25,595 bases of DNA, taken from positions 1 to 25,595 of the forward strand of contig NW_021836084.1 in NCBI RefSeq assembly GCF_006345805.1. The letters are read 5' to 3'. Of this stretch, positions 1 through 11,256 are shown one piece after another. The translations under genes were made by a program, and so were the position numbers. Source of the stretch: Octopus sinensis (taxonomy: Eukaryota). Position 1 is the stretch's first letter. Each line of letters opens with the position of its first letter. The notes under the pieces were generated by a model that saw nothing but the letters and a program-made list of their open reading frames with translations, was not told the origin of the DNA and did no database searches.

Positions 1-6
1 TGGTCA

Positions 7-901
7 TTCGTGGTCTGATCAATAAGTATCCGGACTTTTGCCATAGTAACGAAGCTAAAGCACGCAAAGTGAAGTCACTTGGCACAGATTGACCTTGAAC
101 TCTGCTGGGCATGCGCACTAAGTTTTAATGTTTTGGCTTACTTCCGCTGTTTACAGCAATGCTTCGAAGGAGGGTGTGTAGCGTGTGATCGTCGCATTGA
201 ACATGACAGAGAAAGTTGAGCAGAGAATCCGCATCAAATTTTGCCAAAAGCTTAGCGATACCTGCTCAGTGGGCTACGCAAAGTTTTCAAAATGTTTTCC
301 TCGTTCTCAACACAATCAAGATCATGTGCAACTGAAACCCGAGTGTCTTCTTGGTTAGCTGAAAGCAGTTTTGACACACACTTGGCGGACACACGTCTCA
401 TACTCAAATCTTCAGTGATAATGGACTGAACTGAACCGTAGCTAATCTGCACATACTCTGATAACTCACGGATGGTGATTCGACGATTTCCCCATCACAG
501 CTGCACGCACATCTGCGATATTTTTTCTCATTTCTACTGGTTGCGGGTCTCCCAGAACGTTTGTCAATATCGACATTTTTTCAGCCATCTTGGAAACGCC
601 TGAACCCCTCATACACTTGTGTTCGGCTCACACACTCCTCTCCATACACTTTCTGCAACTTTGCGTAAACCCCTGAGAAGGTATCGCCATGACAACTTCC
701 TCTGTCGTAGTCAATGTGACGATCACACGCTACACACCTTCCTTCCAAGCACTGCTATACACAGTGGAAGTAAGCTAAAATCTTAAAACTTTGTGCGCAT
801 GCTCAGAGTTCACGGTCAATCTGTGACAGGCGACTTTACTCTCCATGCTTTAGCTTCGCTGCTATGGAAACAGTCCGGATACTTATTGATAGGACTTGGT
901 A
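7..901. mobile_element. Non-autonomous mariner-like fold-back element made of two 5' ends joined head-to-head
   Basis: TIR-like GGTCTGATCAATAAGTATCCGGAC at the left end and its reverse complement GTCCGGATACTTATTGATAGGAC at ~872-895. Positions ~10-285 are a diverged inverted copy of ~660-898. The + strand at 201 reads MTEKVEQRIRIKFCQKL, a mariner N-terminus. Confidence 0.85.
280..690 (-). pseudogene. Mariner transposase N-terminal/HTH fragment (stop and frameshifts, no catalytic domain)
   Basis: Minus strand reads ...KVYGEECVSRTQVYEGFRRFQDG*...KRSGRPATSR...RRITIRELSE.VQISYGSVQSIITEDLSMRRVSAKCVSKLL (ORF 252..452). It breaks off just before the first catalytic Asp motif. Confidence 0.85.
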
Positions 902-1007
902 TTTTAAAGAAAAACACTCGTGTGGAACACGCGTTCGGTATGAGAAGATTTAATGCATTAATGCATTTTTTTATAATTCCAGGTCTTTTATTTTTTATCT
1001 TTTTTTT

Positions 1008-1110
1008 TTGCTTCAGTCATTGGACTGCGCCCATGCTGGGGCACTACCTTGAAGGGTTTTAGTCAAACGAATCTCCCCACCGTGCTTGTTTGCAAGTCAG
1101 GCGCCTATTC
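1008..1110 (-). mobile_element. Degenerate 3' tail of SINE family C
   Basis: TTCAGTCATTGGACTGCGCCCATGCTGGGGCAC matches the tails of the copies at 22844 and 24741. Confidence 0.55.
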
Positions 1111-1179
1111 TGTTGGTCTTTTCAACCGAACTGACTGCGTTACAGGTATATAAACAAACCAACAGCGGTCGTCAAGTGG

Positions 1180-1380
1180 TAGTGGTGGTGGTGGTGGTGG
1201 TGTGAGAAACACGAACGCAAGGATACACATACATACATTTACATATATATATATGTACGCACGCACACACACACATACACACACACAAACACACACACAC
1301 ACAAACAACCACACATTCACACACTCACAAACACACACACATACACACACACACATATATATATATTTATATATGGATTC
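1180..1380. repeat. (GGT)n, (CA)n and (TA)n microsatellites
   Basis: Direct reading of the sequence. Confidence 0.9.
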
Positions 1381-1676
1381 ATATAGCTTTATCTATTCAT
1401 GTAGAGCAATGAATTTTAAAAGGGGACCATATGGCCAGTGTATGTGTGTGTGTTTGTGTGTGTGCATGTACGCATAGTTAGGGTGGGCGTGGGTCGTTAC
1501 CACATTTTTAGGGTCCACGTGATATATACATTTAAAAAAACCCAAAAGAACAAAGAATGAACACCATTTTATTAAGCGACAGACTTTTTAGAGGGGCTAC
1601 AAACAATTATACCCAGCAGACATACGCTTCCTTGTCACAATTTCACATATAGCTTATTAATGGTGCTAAGTTCAAC

Positions 1677-1715
<39 letters not shown>

Positions 1716-1787
1716 TATATATAATATATATATATATAATATATATATATATATATACCTATATATAATAGTATATAGATATAATAT

Positions 1788-1914
1788 AATAAATCCTGTA
1801 CGAGGTATAAACAGCAGCTGCACGACAATGTGGAGGTATATTTGCCACTTAAATGTGGCTAACCACAGCTACAGTAGCATCCACCTTTAGTGGTTAGCCA
1901 CATTCAAGTGGCAA
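1788..1914. mobile_element. Internally deleted fold-back copy of unclassified repeat family H
   Basis: Homologous to 20361-20572 and to the arms at 15605-16054. It has a 25-bp inverted repeat, 1842-1866 vs 1890-1914. Confidence 0.7.
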
Positions 1915-1924
1915 GTAGCATATA

Positions 1925-2225
1925 GGTACACTGCAACATAATTTCTTTTCCTCAACAGACCTGCCCTGTTTAACATTGTCCCGAAAGAGATCAAACAGGA
2001 AAAGGATCCAATCATCTTTAAACGGAGTCTGGATAGATTTCTTCAAGGAATACCGGATAAGCCACACATAATTGGATACAACTCACCCAACAAGAACTCA
2101 CTACTTGAATGGACCATAAACAAAACTTGACTTAAATAGGATTTAGATAATCCTATCAGGTGGTGCTATTAAGTTAGACATGGCCTGGACCAATCTTTCG
2201 TCGAAACATATCTAAGTTTATCAAA
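1925..2225 (+). mobile_element. 3' end of a CR1/L2-group LINE (ORF2 C-terminus plus 3' UTR), 5'-truncated
   Basis: 1963-2130 translates to ALFNIVPKEIKQEKDPIIFKRSLDRFLQGIPDKPHIIGYNSPNKNSLLEWTINKT*. This fits the LFNxLP...FKxxLDxFL...PD.P..GY...NSL pattern of invertebrate CR1-type ORF2 ends. Clade assignment is from memory, not a search. Confidence 0.7.
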
Positions 2226-2283
2226 GTACATATATATATATATATATTATATATATATATATATATATAATAATATATATATA

Positions 2284-2314
<31 letters not shown>

Positions 2315-2607
2315 TATACATTAAACATTTCAGTATTATTAATGCTATGTGTTAATACACTGTACTTAATATAGAAGGCAGTCATATAAATTCTATATTA
2401 TATAAAGAACCAATAGCATTTAACGATCGGCTTGAAGTTATTTGGCAATACCCAAGAAGCAGGAAAATGGTTCATCTTGAAAGTTGCTCACTGACCTCCA
2501 TTCGTTCTGATGTATTTGTTTTCTTCTTGTTTTTTTTTTTTTTATTAAGGTATGTTTTTCTTCTAATTTTTTTTTTTATATTCGTTGGGCGTTATTTTTC
2601 GCTTCAG

Positions 2608-2647
2608 AATTCTGGGAATAATTACAGTGTTGCGCCGAGAGAAGATG
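2608..2647 (+). other. Candidate 40-bp host exon
   Basis: Long polypyrimidine tract ending TTTTTCGCTTCAG (2607), then AATTCTGG...AGAAGATG, then a consensus donor GTAAGT (2648), in non-repetitive sequence. No transcript evidence. Confidence 0.4.
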
Positions 2648-2730
2648 GTAAGTGTACCATCGAGAATATCTAAGATATAAGTAAATACCTGAATATATGC
2701 ACAACACACACACATCATATATATATATAA

Positions 2731-2778
<48 letters not shown>

Positions 2779-2779
2779 C

Positions 2780-2821
<42 letters not shown>

Positions 2822-2825
<4 letters not shown>

Positions 2826-3026
2826 GGAGTAAACACATAAATGTGAAACAAGGTGGAAAAAAGAGTACTCAAATACCAGTGGTAGAGTAATATGCTTTAT
2901 TTAAGCAGCAGAAATTCAACAAAATCTGTTACTCTGAGTTTCTCGTTGCCGTTCATCAGACAGTTGAACGGCAACGAGAAACTCAGAGTAACAGGTTTTG
3001 TTGAATTTTCTGCTGCTTAAAATAAA

Positions 3027-3027
<1 letters not shown>
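2822..3027. mobile_element. Penelope-like pLTR-type fold-back repeat (family P1) between (TA)n tracts
   Basis: Inverted repeat of ~61 bp, 2895-2955 vs 2965-3027, with a 9-nt loop. Second copy at 12473-12653. Contains a hammerhead fold. No RT or GIY-YIG ORF is in the window, so the PLE assignment is inference. Confidence 0.65.
2926..2963 (-). ncRNA. Minimal type I hammerhead ribozyme motif, canonical core
   Basis: Minus strand: CUGU-CUGAUGA-A-CG(GCAA)CG-A-GAA-ACUC(A)GAGU-A-ACAG. Stem I 4 bp, GNRA-capped stem II, palindromic stem III, GUA cleavage triplet. Confidence 0.7.
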
Positions 3028-3088
<61 letters not shown>

Positions 3089-3118
3089 GGTGGGGGTGAT
3101 TTTTATTATTATTCTTAT

Positions 3119-3265
3119 GTCGAGATAGCAGAATCGTTAGCGCATTGGACAAAAAGTTTACTAACGTTTTTCTGAGTTCAAATTCTGCCAAGTTCAACTT
3201 TGCTTTCTATTCTTCTAGGGTCGTTAAAATTAGCAGCAGTCATGTACTGGGGACGATCTAACGAA
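3119..3265 (+). mobile_element. Old degenerate copy of SINE family A
   Basis: GCAGAATCGTTAGC and TTCTGAGTTCAAATTCTGCC match the A and B boxes of the family A head. Confidence 0.55.
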
Positions 3266-3599
3266 GTGAAGCTCTCCACTAAAATTGCTGGCCTTGTGCT
3301 AATATTTGAAACCATTCTTATTATCATTGAGATTTTACAAAGCATGATAAGTAACTGTTTGTCTAGAACTCAAATATATTTCAGTATACTTTGACACATA
3401 CGCTGATAAGAATGTGTGTGTGTGTGTGGTGTATTATGATTTAACTTAAGCATAGCGATAGAAATAATCGATTGTTAGAGCTCAATCTATTGCTGCACAA
3501 GCTTTCAGCTCTGAGCTTGCTGCTTCTTATACGGAAACAACTGTAAGCTAATGAAAGCGATTACGTAACTTCTGTTGTTTTGTTATTTATTTAATTTGC

Positions 3600-3950
3600 T
3601 ATGTAAGTATACATATATACATAATACACACACACACACACAACGCAAACACACACACACACACCACACACACCACAACACACATATATATATATATACA
3701 TATATATATATATTATATTATAACATATATATATACAATGTGCGTGGGTGTGTATATGTTGTGCATGTGTGTGTATATACAATATATATATATTTATATG
3801 TGTTTGTGCGTGTTTGTGTGTATGTAACATGACAATTCCAATTGACTAAGTAGGTGAGATACATGTGTAAATATTTTTGCTCTCTCTCTCTCTCCTTTCT
3901 CCCTATCTCTCTCTTTCTCTCTTTTCCTCTTTCTCTTTCTCCCTTTGACT
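3600..3950. repeat. (CA)n, (TA)n, (TG)n and (CT)n microsatellite mosaic
   Basis: Direct reading. Confidence 0.9.
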
Positions 3951-4174
3951 CAAACTGAATCAAAGAATTTCCAAATTCCGTTGTCGAGATTCTATTACGT
4001 AGCGTTGTCTTCTGACCACAATGGATGGCAATGTGGGCTGATTGTCGTAGAATAAATAACTGGATGTTTTATACTACTACTACTACTACTACTTACTACT
4101 ACTACTACTGCTACTACTGCTACTACTGCTACTGCTACTGCTGCTGCTGCTACTGCCGCTCTTAACGTCTACAA

Positions 4175-4356
4175 CAATAATAATCCTTTCTATTAAAGGC
4201 ACAAGGCCTGAAATTTTGTGGGAGGGGGTAGTAGTCGATTACATCGATGCCCAGTATTTCATTGGTACATAATTTATCGACCCCGAAAGGAAGAAAGGCA
4301 AAGTCGACTTCGGCGAAATTTGAACTCAGAACGTAGCGGCAGACGAAATACCGCTA
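4175..4356 (-). mobile_element. SINE family A (A2 tail variant), 5'-truncated
   Basis: Reverse complement contains TACGTTCTGAGTTCAAATT and GTCGACTTTGCCTTTC, and ends TTGTGCCTTTAATAGAAAGGATTATT. Confidence 0.85.
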
Positions 4357-4366
4357 GATAATAATA

Positions 4367-4418
<52 letters not shown>

Positions 4419-4419
<1 letters not shown>

Positions 4420-4754
4420 CTGAGACCCCCTTCGGTCATGACTGACCGTGGGATTGCTTCTAGAAAGTTACCCTCCCAGGCACAAGTCCGGGTAAGGTTG
4501 TTTATGGAAGACCAGCAGTCGCCCATGCATGCCAGCCTCCCCTCTCCACGCCACCAGTGTTATCCAAGGTAAAAGCAAAAGGGCCAATACAGCTTGGCAC
4601 CAGAGATGTTGCAACTCATTTCTTCAGCTGAGTAAACTGGAGCAACGTGAAATAAAGTGTCTTGCTCAAGAACACAACACGCAGCCTGGTCCGGGATTCG
4701 AACTCACAACCTCACGATCGTAAGCTGGACGCTCTAACCACTAAGCCATGCGCT
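4419..4754 (-). mobile_element. tRNA-derived SINE family E, near full length, embedded in (TAA)n
   Basis: Minus strand begins GCGCATGGCTTAGTGGTTAG (A box) and GAGTTCGAATCCC (B box). It is followed by TTCTTGAGCAAGACACTTTATTTCAC...CTCAGCTG, resembling conserved SINE central domains (CORE/Meta type). Confidence 0.85.
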
Positions 4755-4855
4755 AATAATAATAATAATAATAATAATAAGAATAAATAATTAATAAATA
4801 ATAATAATAATAATATAATAATAATAAAAAATTATAATAATAATAATATAATAAT

Positions 4856-4891
<36 letters not shown>

Positions 4892-4969
4892 AATAATGAT
4901 AATATAATGATAATGATAATAATAATGATGATGATGATGATAATAATAATAATGATAATGATAATGATG

Positions 4970-5006
<37 letters not shown>

Positions 5007-5017
5007 TAATAATAATG

Positions 5018-5048
<31 letters not shown>

Positions 5049-5101
5049 TAATAATAATGATAATAATAATGATAATGATAATAATAATGATGATGATGAT
5101 G

Positions 5102-5150
<49 letters not shown>
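4755..5150. repeat. (AAT)n/(GAT)n microsatellite, ~400 bp
   Basis: Direct reading; it explains the poly-I/Y/M ORFs. Confidence 0.95.
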
Positions 5151-5153
<3 letters not shown>

Positions 5154-5454
5154 GACAACACATCAGAAAGTGACATATAAGCTTTCTGCATATATTCTTA
5201 AGTGTCACCCGACCAATGTCACTTGACCAGAGTTATTCGAACCCTCCGTTAGTTATATAAGAATACCTCAAGCTTTTTAATGCAGTCGCCTGGAATTGAG
5301 GAAACGTGAAAATCCAAATAACATGTCGGGCAGATTCAGCTGTGGTTGAATCTCTTCATTCCACTCTACTAAGCAATATTGGCTACTTTGTGTACTTTTT
5401 CCGCTCAATTTATAATTCATACTAGTGTGAAACCACGTATACTAATACTTTACG

Positions 5455-5567
5455 CATACATACACACACACACACATATATATGTGGCTGTGGGGTGTAT
5501 ATATCTATATATATATATATATATATATATATCTATATATATATATATATATATATTATATATGTAT

Positions 5568-5605
<38 letters not shown>

Positions 5606-5889
5606 TATATATTATATATATATACATATATATATATATATGTATGTATATGATGTATGAATGTATGTATGAATGTATGTATATACGGAAGGACATACAG
5701 AACGAGGAAAGAGAGGAAAATAGTATGTATATATTATATATATATATAATATATATATACAGAGAGAGAGAGAGAGATATATATATATATATATATAGAT
5801 AGATAGAGATAGATAGTAGATAGATAGATAGATGATAGATAGATAGATAGATAGATAGATATAGCATAGATTTATAGATGGGTGATGTG

Positions 5890-5927
<38 letters not shown>

Positions 5928-6160
5928 GGAGAGACAGTGAAAGGGAGGATAAGAGGGAAGATAGACGAGTAAATATGTGTGTATATGAGTGTGCATTCAT
6001 ACATATATATGTTTATATACAGAGGTAGATAGACAGATGCATACATACATAGATATATACATACATAGATACATATATGCACATATAAACATACATATAT
6101 ACACACGTTCTCTATAAATATTAATTTACGTAAGGGTATATATATATACTTGTATATGTG
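5455..6160. repeat. (TA)n, (GATA)n, (TG)n and (CATA)n microsatellite mosaic
   Basis: Direct reading. Confidence 0.9.
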
Positions 6161-6549
6161 TGTGTTTCGAAACAGACACTCACTCACATACGCACATTCG
6201 CAAATTTAATGCATCTATTTTCATCAGACATCGACGCTACGTTCCCAAAAAGCTCATCTGTCACTCAACACTATACTTTATCATTTTGCTTACCATTCTT
6301 GCCACCACCACACGGGCAACATCACAACAATAACACCTACACCACCAAAACAAAAACAAGAACTCCACGATTACCACCACCAGCACCGCCACCACAACCA
6401 CCATCATAACACATTTATACAACTGCCATCTTCACAGCCCCAACGAACCCATCATCACTATAAATACCACCATAACCACTACCGCCATCATGACCATCAC
6501 TGTCAGCAGCAGAACCAATGCCACCGCCATAACATCATTGCAGTAGCGT

Positions 6550-7275
6550 AAGGCGGGGCGAGCTGGCAGAAACGTTAGCACGCCGGGCGAAATGCTTTGA
6601 GGTATTTCGTCTGCCGTTACGTTCTGAGTTCAAATTCCGCCGAGGTCGACTTTGCCTTTCATCATTTCGGGGTCGATTAATTAAGTACCAGTTACGCACT
6701 GGGCTCGATGTAATCGACTTAATCCGTTTATCTGTCCTTGTTTGTCCCCTCTATGTTTAGCCCCTTGTGGGCAATAAAGAAATAAGAAACCTTAGTACGC
6801 CGTGCGAAATGCTTAGTGGTACTTCGTCTGCCGTTACGTTCTGAGTTCAAATTCCGCCGAGGTCGACTTTGCCTATCATCCTTTCGGGATCGATTAAATA
6901 AATACCAGTTACGCACTAGGGTCGATATAATCGACTTAATCCGTTTTATCTCTCCTTGTTTATCCCCTCTGTGTCTAGCTCCTTGTGGGCAGTAAAGAAA
7001 TAAGAAACGTTAGTACGCCGGGCAAAATGCTTAGTGGTATTTCGTCTGCCGTTACGTTCTGAGTTCAAATTCCGCTGAGGTCGACTTTGCCTTTCATCCT
7101 TTCGGGGTCGATTAAATAAGTACCAGTTACGCACTGGGGTCGATATAATCGACTTAATCCGTTTATCTCTCCTTGTCTAGCCCCTTGTGGGCAGTAAAGA
7201 AATAAGAAACGTTAGCACGCCGGCCGAAATGCTTAGCGGTATTTTGTCTATCTTTACGTTCTGAGTTTAAACTCG
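6550..7275 (+). mobile_element. Head-to-tail array of SINE family A (3 full units plus a partial fourth)
   Basis: The AGAAACGTTAGCACG-like motif restarts at 6568, 6785, 7003 and 7205. Each unit has B box GAGTTCAAATTCC (degenerate in the fourth), and the full units end CCTTGTGGGCARTAAAGAAATAAG. Confidence 0.9.
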
Positions 7276-7289
7276 GGGCGGCGGGTTAC

Positions 7290-8264
7290 TTTAATAACAC
7301 CACTTGCATCACTGTACAATTACTATCGACAATGCACCCATCATCGCTGTAAACAGCACCACATTCACTACCGCCACCACCATCCATCCCTCACAACGAC
7401 AAAAGCACTGGCACCGCCGTCGTCATCGAAATTAGCCAAACTATCACAGCAACTACACAACAGCCACCACCACCACCACTACCACAACCACAACAACTGC
7501 AACAAAATCACTACCACCACCGCCACAAGATTATCGCTGCCACCACTACCTCCACCATCATCACAAAAACACCAGGAACGACGCTACGACCATGGACACC
7601 ACGAAGGATAGCATCACCACCACACACGCCTCCATACTACCAGCATCACAAGATGACCGCTACCACCACCACCACCACCACCACCATAACCATCATCAAC
7701 ACTAACACCACTACAGCATCAAGAGTAACTACTACCACCACTACTTCCACTACTACTACTACCACTGTCACTACTTACTAGTACTTCTATTGCAACAATT
7801 ACTACTACTAGTACCACTGCTACTATTACCACTACTACTAACACTGCTACAACTACCACTAATATTACTATTACCACTAGTACAACTACCGCTACTACTA
7901 CCACTACTACTATTACCACGACTACAACTACCACTGTTACTACCACTACTACTACTATTATCACTACTATTATTACCACCACAACTACTACTACTACACT
8001 ACTACTACTATTATCACTACTATTATTACCACCACAACTACTACTACTACTACTACTACTATACTACCACTTCTACTACCACTACTACTACAACTACCAC
8101 TACTACTACCACTACTTCTACAACTACCACAACTACTACCACCACTACCACTATTACCACTACTATTACCACTGCTACTAACACTACTACTACAGCTACC
8201 ACTACTACCACAATTACCACTACTACCACTACTACAACTACTACTACTACAACTACCACTGCTA

Positions 8265-8297
<33 letters not shown>

Positions 8298-9880
8298 TTA
8301 TCACTATTACTATTACCACTACTACTACAACTACCATTACTACTACCACTACTACTACTATCACCACTACTATTACCTCTACTACTACCATTACTACAAC
8401 TACTACTACTACAACTACCACTACTACTACAATTATCACTACTACTACAACTACCACTACTACTACAACTACCACTACTACTACAACTACCACTACTACT
8501 ACCGCTGCCGCTCCTACTATTACTACTACTAATGAAAAAATTATACAACTTATACTACTATTTCTACCACTGATGCTGCTGCTACGGCTGCTGCTGCTAC
8601 GGCTGCTGCTGCTACGGCTGCTGCTGCTACGGCTGCTGCTGCTACGGCTGCTGCTGCTACGGCTGCTGCTGCTACGGCTGCTGCTGCTACAACTACTCTA
8701 TCAACAACAACCACTTCGGCACCAAACAATACAACTCAATATTGAATATACAGCGAGAGTTATTTTAAGCCGAGTTAAACGGAGGTGGACGAAAGCCAAC
8801 TGGGGTGGCAGGAAGAGGAGTGGCCTGGCGAGGGGGAGGGGTGTCTTCTTTTAATTGCAATACAACACCAACGCAAGCAACACCGCTACCACCACCACTT
8901 CAACCAACACCAACACTACAACCAACAGCACCAATAATAACAACAGCAATACTACCACCACCACCACCACCACCCCTACTACCACCAACACCACCACTAC
9001 AGACACTACCGCCAACCAAACCGACACCGTCACCACCATTACTACCACCACCGCCAACACCACAACCAACGCCACCACCAACAACACTACCATCACCATC
9101 ACCACTACTACCACCACAAACACTACCACCAACACCACCACCACTACCACTACTACCACCAATACCACCACCACCACTACCACTATTACCACTACTACTA
9201 CCACTACTACTATTACCACGACTACAACTACCACTACTACAACTACTACTACTACAACTACCACTACTACCACCATACCACTACCAACATATCAACACCA
9301 CCACCATTACCATCCCCACAACTACCACCACCACCACCACCACCACCACCACTACCACTTCTATCACCACCGCCAACACCACAACCAACAACAACACTAC
9401 CACTACTACCACCACAAACACTACTACCAACAAACCAACACCACTACCATTACCACCGCCACCACTACCACCACCACCACTACCACTTCTATCACCACCG
9501 CCAACACCACAACCAACAACAACACTACCACTACTACCACCAATACCACCACCACAAACACTACCACCAACACCACCACCACTACCACTTCTATCACCAC
9601 CGCCAACACCACAACCAACGCCACCACCAACAACACTACCATCACCATCACCACTACTACCACCACAAACACTACTACCAACAAACCAACACCACTACCA
9701 TTACCACCGCCACCACTACCACCACCACCACCACCCCTACTACCACCAACACCACCACCATTACCATCCCCACAACTACCACCACCACCACTACTACCGC
9801 CACCAATGCCACCACCACCACCACCATATCATTAACGCTGCAACAAACACCACCTCCAACAACAACAACAACAATACAAA
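7290..9880. repeat. ~2.6-kb cryptic (ACT/ACC/ACA)n trinucleotide tract with internal block duplications
   Basis: A/C-rich + strand. Blocks recur, e.g. ~9050-9125 at ~9598-9675 and ~9414-9478 at ~9666-9730. Confidence 0.9.
8573..8690. repeat. 15-bp minisatellite (CTGCTGCTGCTACGG), 7 perfect copies plus a partial
   Basis: TACGG recurs at exact 15-bp spacing from 8583 to 8673. Confidence 0.95.
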
Positions 9881-9990
9881 TAAAGAAATCAATACACTCA
9901 CCCGAACCCACCCGACCCCTCAGAACATTGCTACTTCACGATCCTAAAAAAAATAATACTATCTCCATCCTCGCCTCCCACCACCTAGTC

Positions 9991-10688
9991 CAAGAGTTCT
10001 CAACCATTTTTTTTAATCCATGGGCCCCTTTGATTATCATTTTATTCTGGTGGACCCACATAGCCATTCGATAGAAACTTCTTTCAAAATTCCTATTTTG
10101 TTCGCCACACATCAACTTATGTAGGTTGAACAATGTAAAATGTTTGAGAAAGAAACCCAGCCGTTTCTTACAATGTATACCAATACATACATCTAAAACA
10201 GGGCTTTTCCGCCATTTTTTATATATGGACCCCTTTGAATACTCTTATATTCTGGTGGGCTCCAGAACTATTCGATGTTTAAAAACTTTTATAGAAACTT
10301 GTGTAGGTTGAACTATGTAAAATGTTAAAGAAGGAAACCCAGCCGTTTCTTACAATACATACCAATACATACATCTAAAACAGGGTTTTTCCACCATTTT
10401 TTATATATGGACCCCTTTGAATACTCTTATATTCTGGTGGGCTCCAGAACTATTCGATGCTTAAAAACTTTTATAGTAACTTGTGTAGGTTGAACTATGT
10501 AAAATGTTAGAGAAAGAAACCCAGCCGTTTCTTACAATACACACCAATGCATACGTCTAAAGCAAAATTTTTTCAGAGGCCCTCTAAATTACTATTGTGG
10601 ATCTCCTATTTACTATTTTCTTGCGTGGATCCTGAAAAATCTGATATGGCCCCTAAGGGGCCAATTGGACACCGGTTGAGAACCACTG
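9991..10688. mobile_element. hAT (Charlie-like) non-autonomous element with three internal ~180-205-bp tandem units
   Basis: Ends CAAGAGTTCTCAACC and GGTTGAGAACCACTG. An 8-bp direct repeat ACCTAGTC lies at 9983-9990 and 10689-10696. Internal ATGG(A/G)CCCCTTTGA recurs at 10020, 10225 and 10407. Confidence 0.8.
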
Positions 10689-10805
10689 ACCTAGTCCAAG
10701 AAGCACACAAATATAACAACATTATTAAACTCGTTAACCCCCCTGTTAACGAAGGGGGCTCTATGCTGTTATTCGTTCTACTAGAAACTGGAGCTAAAAT
10801 CCCGC

Positions 10806-11054
10806 AAACAGAGGGGACAAACAAGGACAGACAAACGGATTAAGTCGATTATTTCGACCCCAGTGCGTAACTGGTATTTATTTTATCGACCCCGAAAGGA
10901 TGAAAGGCAAAGTCGACCTCGGCGGAATTTGAACTCAGAACGTAGCGGCAGACGAAATACCTATTTCTTTACTACCCACAAGGGGCTAAACACAGAGAGG
11001 ACAAACAAGGACAGGCAAAGGGATTAAGTCGATTATATATCTATCCCAGTGCGT
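10806..11054 (-). mobile_element. SINE family A dimer (two truncated units)
   Basis: The minus-strand junction AAAGAAATA|GGTATTTCGTCTGCC at 10961/10962 joins a tail to an internal head position. Confidence 0.8.
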
Positions 11055-11256
11055 CTTTAAAAAAAAGACCGTCTTTAAAAAAAAAAGAACAAAACGACAG
11101 ACATTACTGCAATCTTGTTCCTCTCACTGAACTGTTGCTCGGTTCAGTGAGAGCTTGCCAGGGGCTAAATAACAAAAACAACAACAACATATGCATCATT
11201 ATAGGTGTAAATACGGCTGTGTTGTTGAGAAGCACGCTTGGTAATTATGTGGTTGC

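Noticed and set aside
6221-6227. Minus-strand CTGATGA
   Set aside because: No downstream stem II plus GAAA.
7719-9947. Long Thr/Pro/Val-rich ORFs (up to 380 aa) resembling mucin or extensin
   Set aside because: The Thr register jumps between frames, there is no signal peptide or domain, and stop-free frames are expected from (ACN)n composition.
10003-10570. Regular ~182-bp repeats as a CRISPR-like array
   Set aside because: Whole units repeat with no unique spacers, the context is eukaryotic, and they lie inside a hAT-type element.
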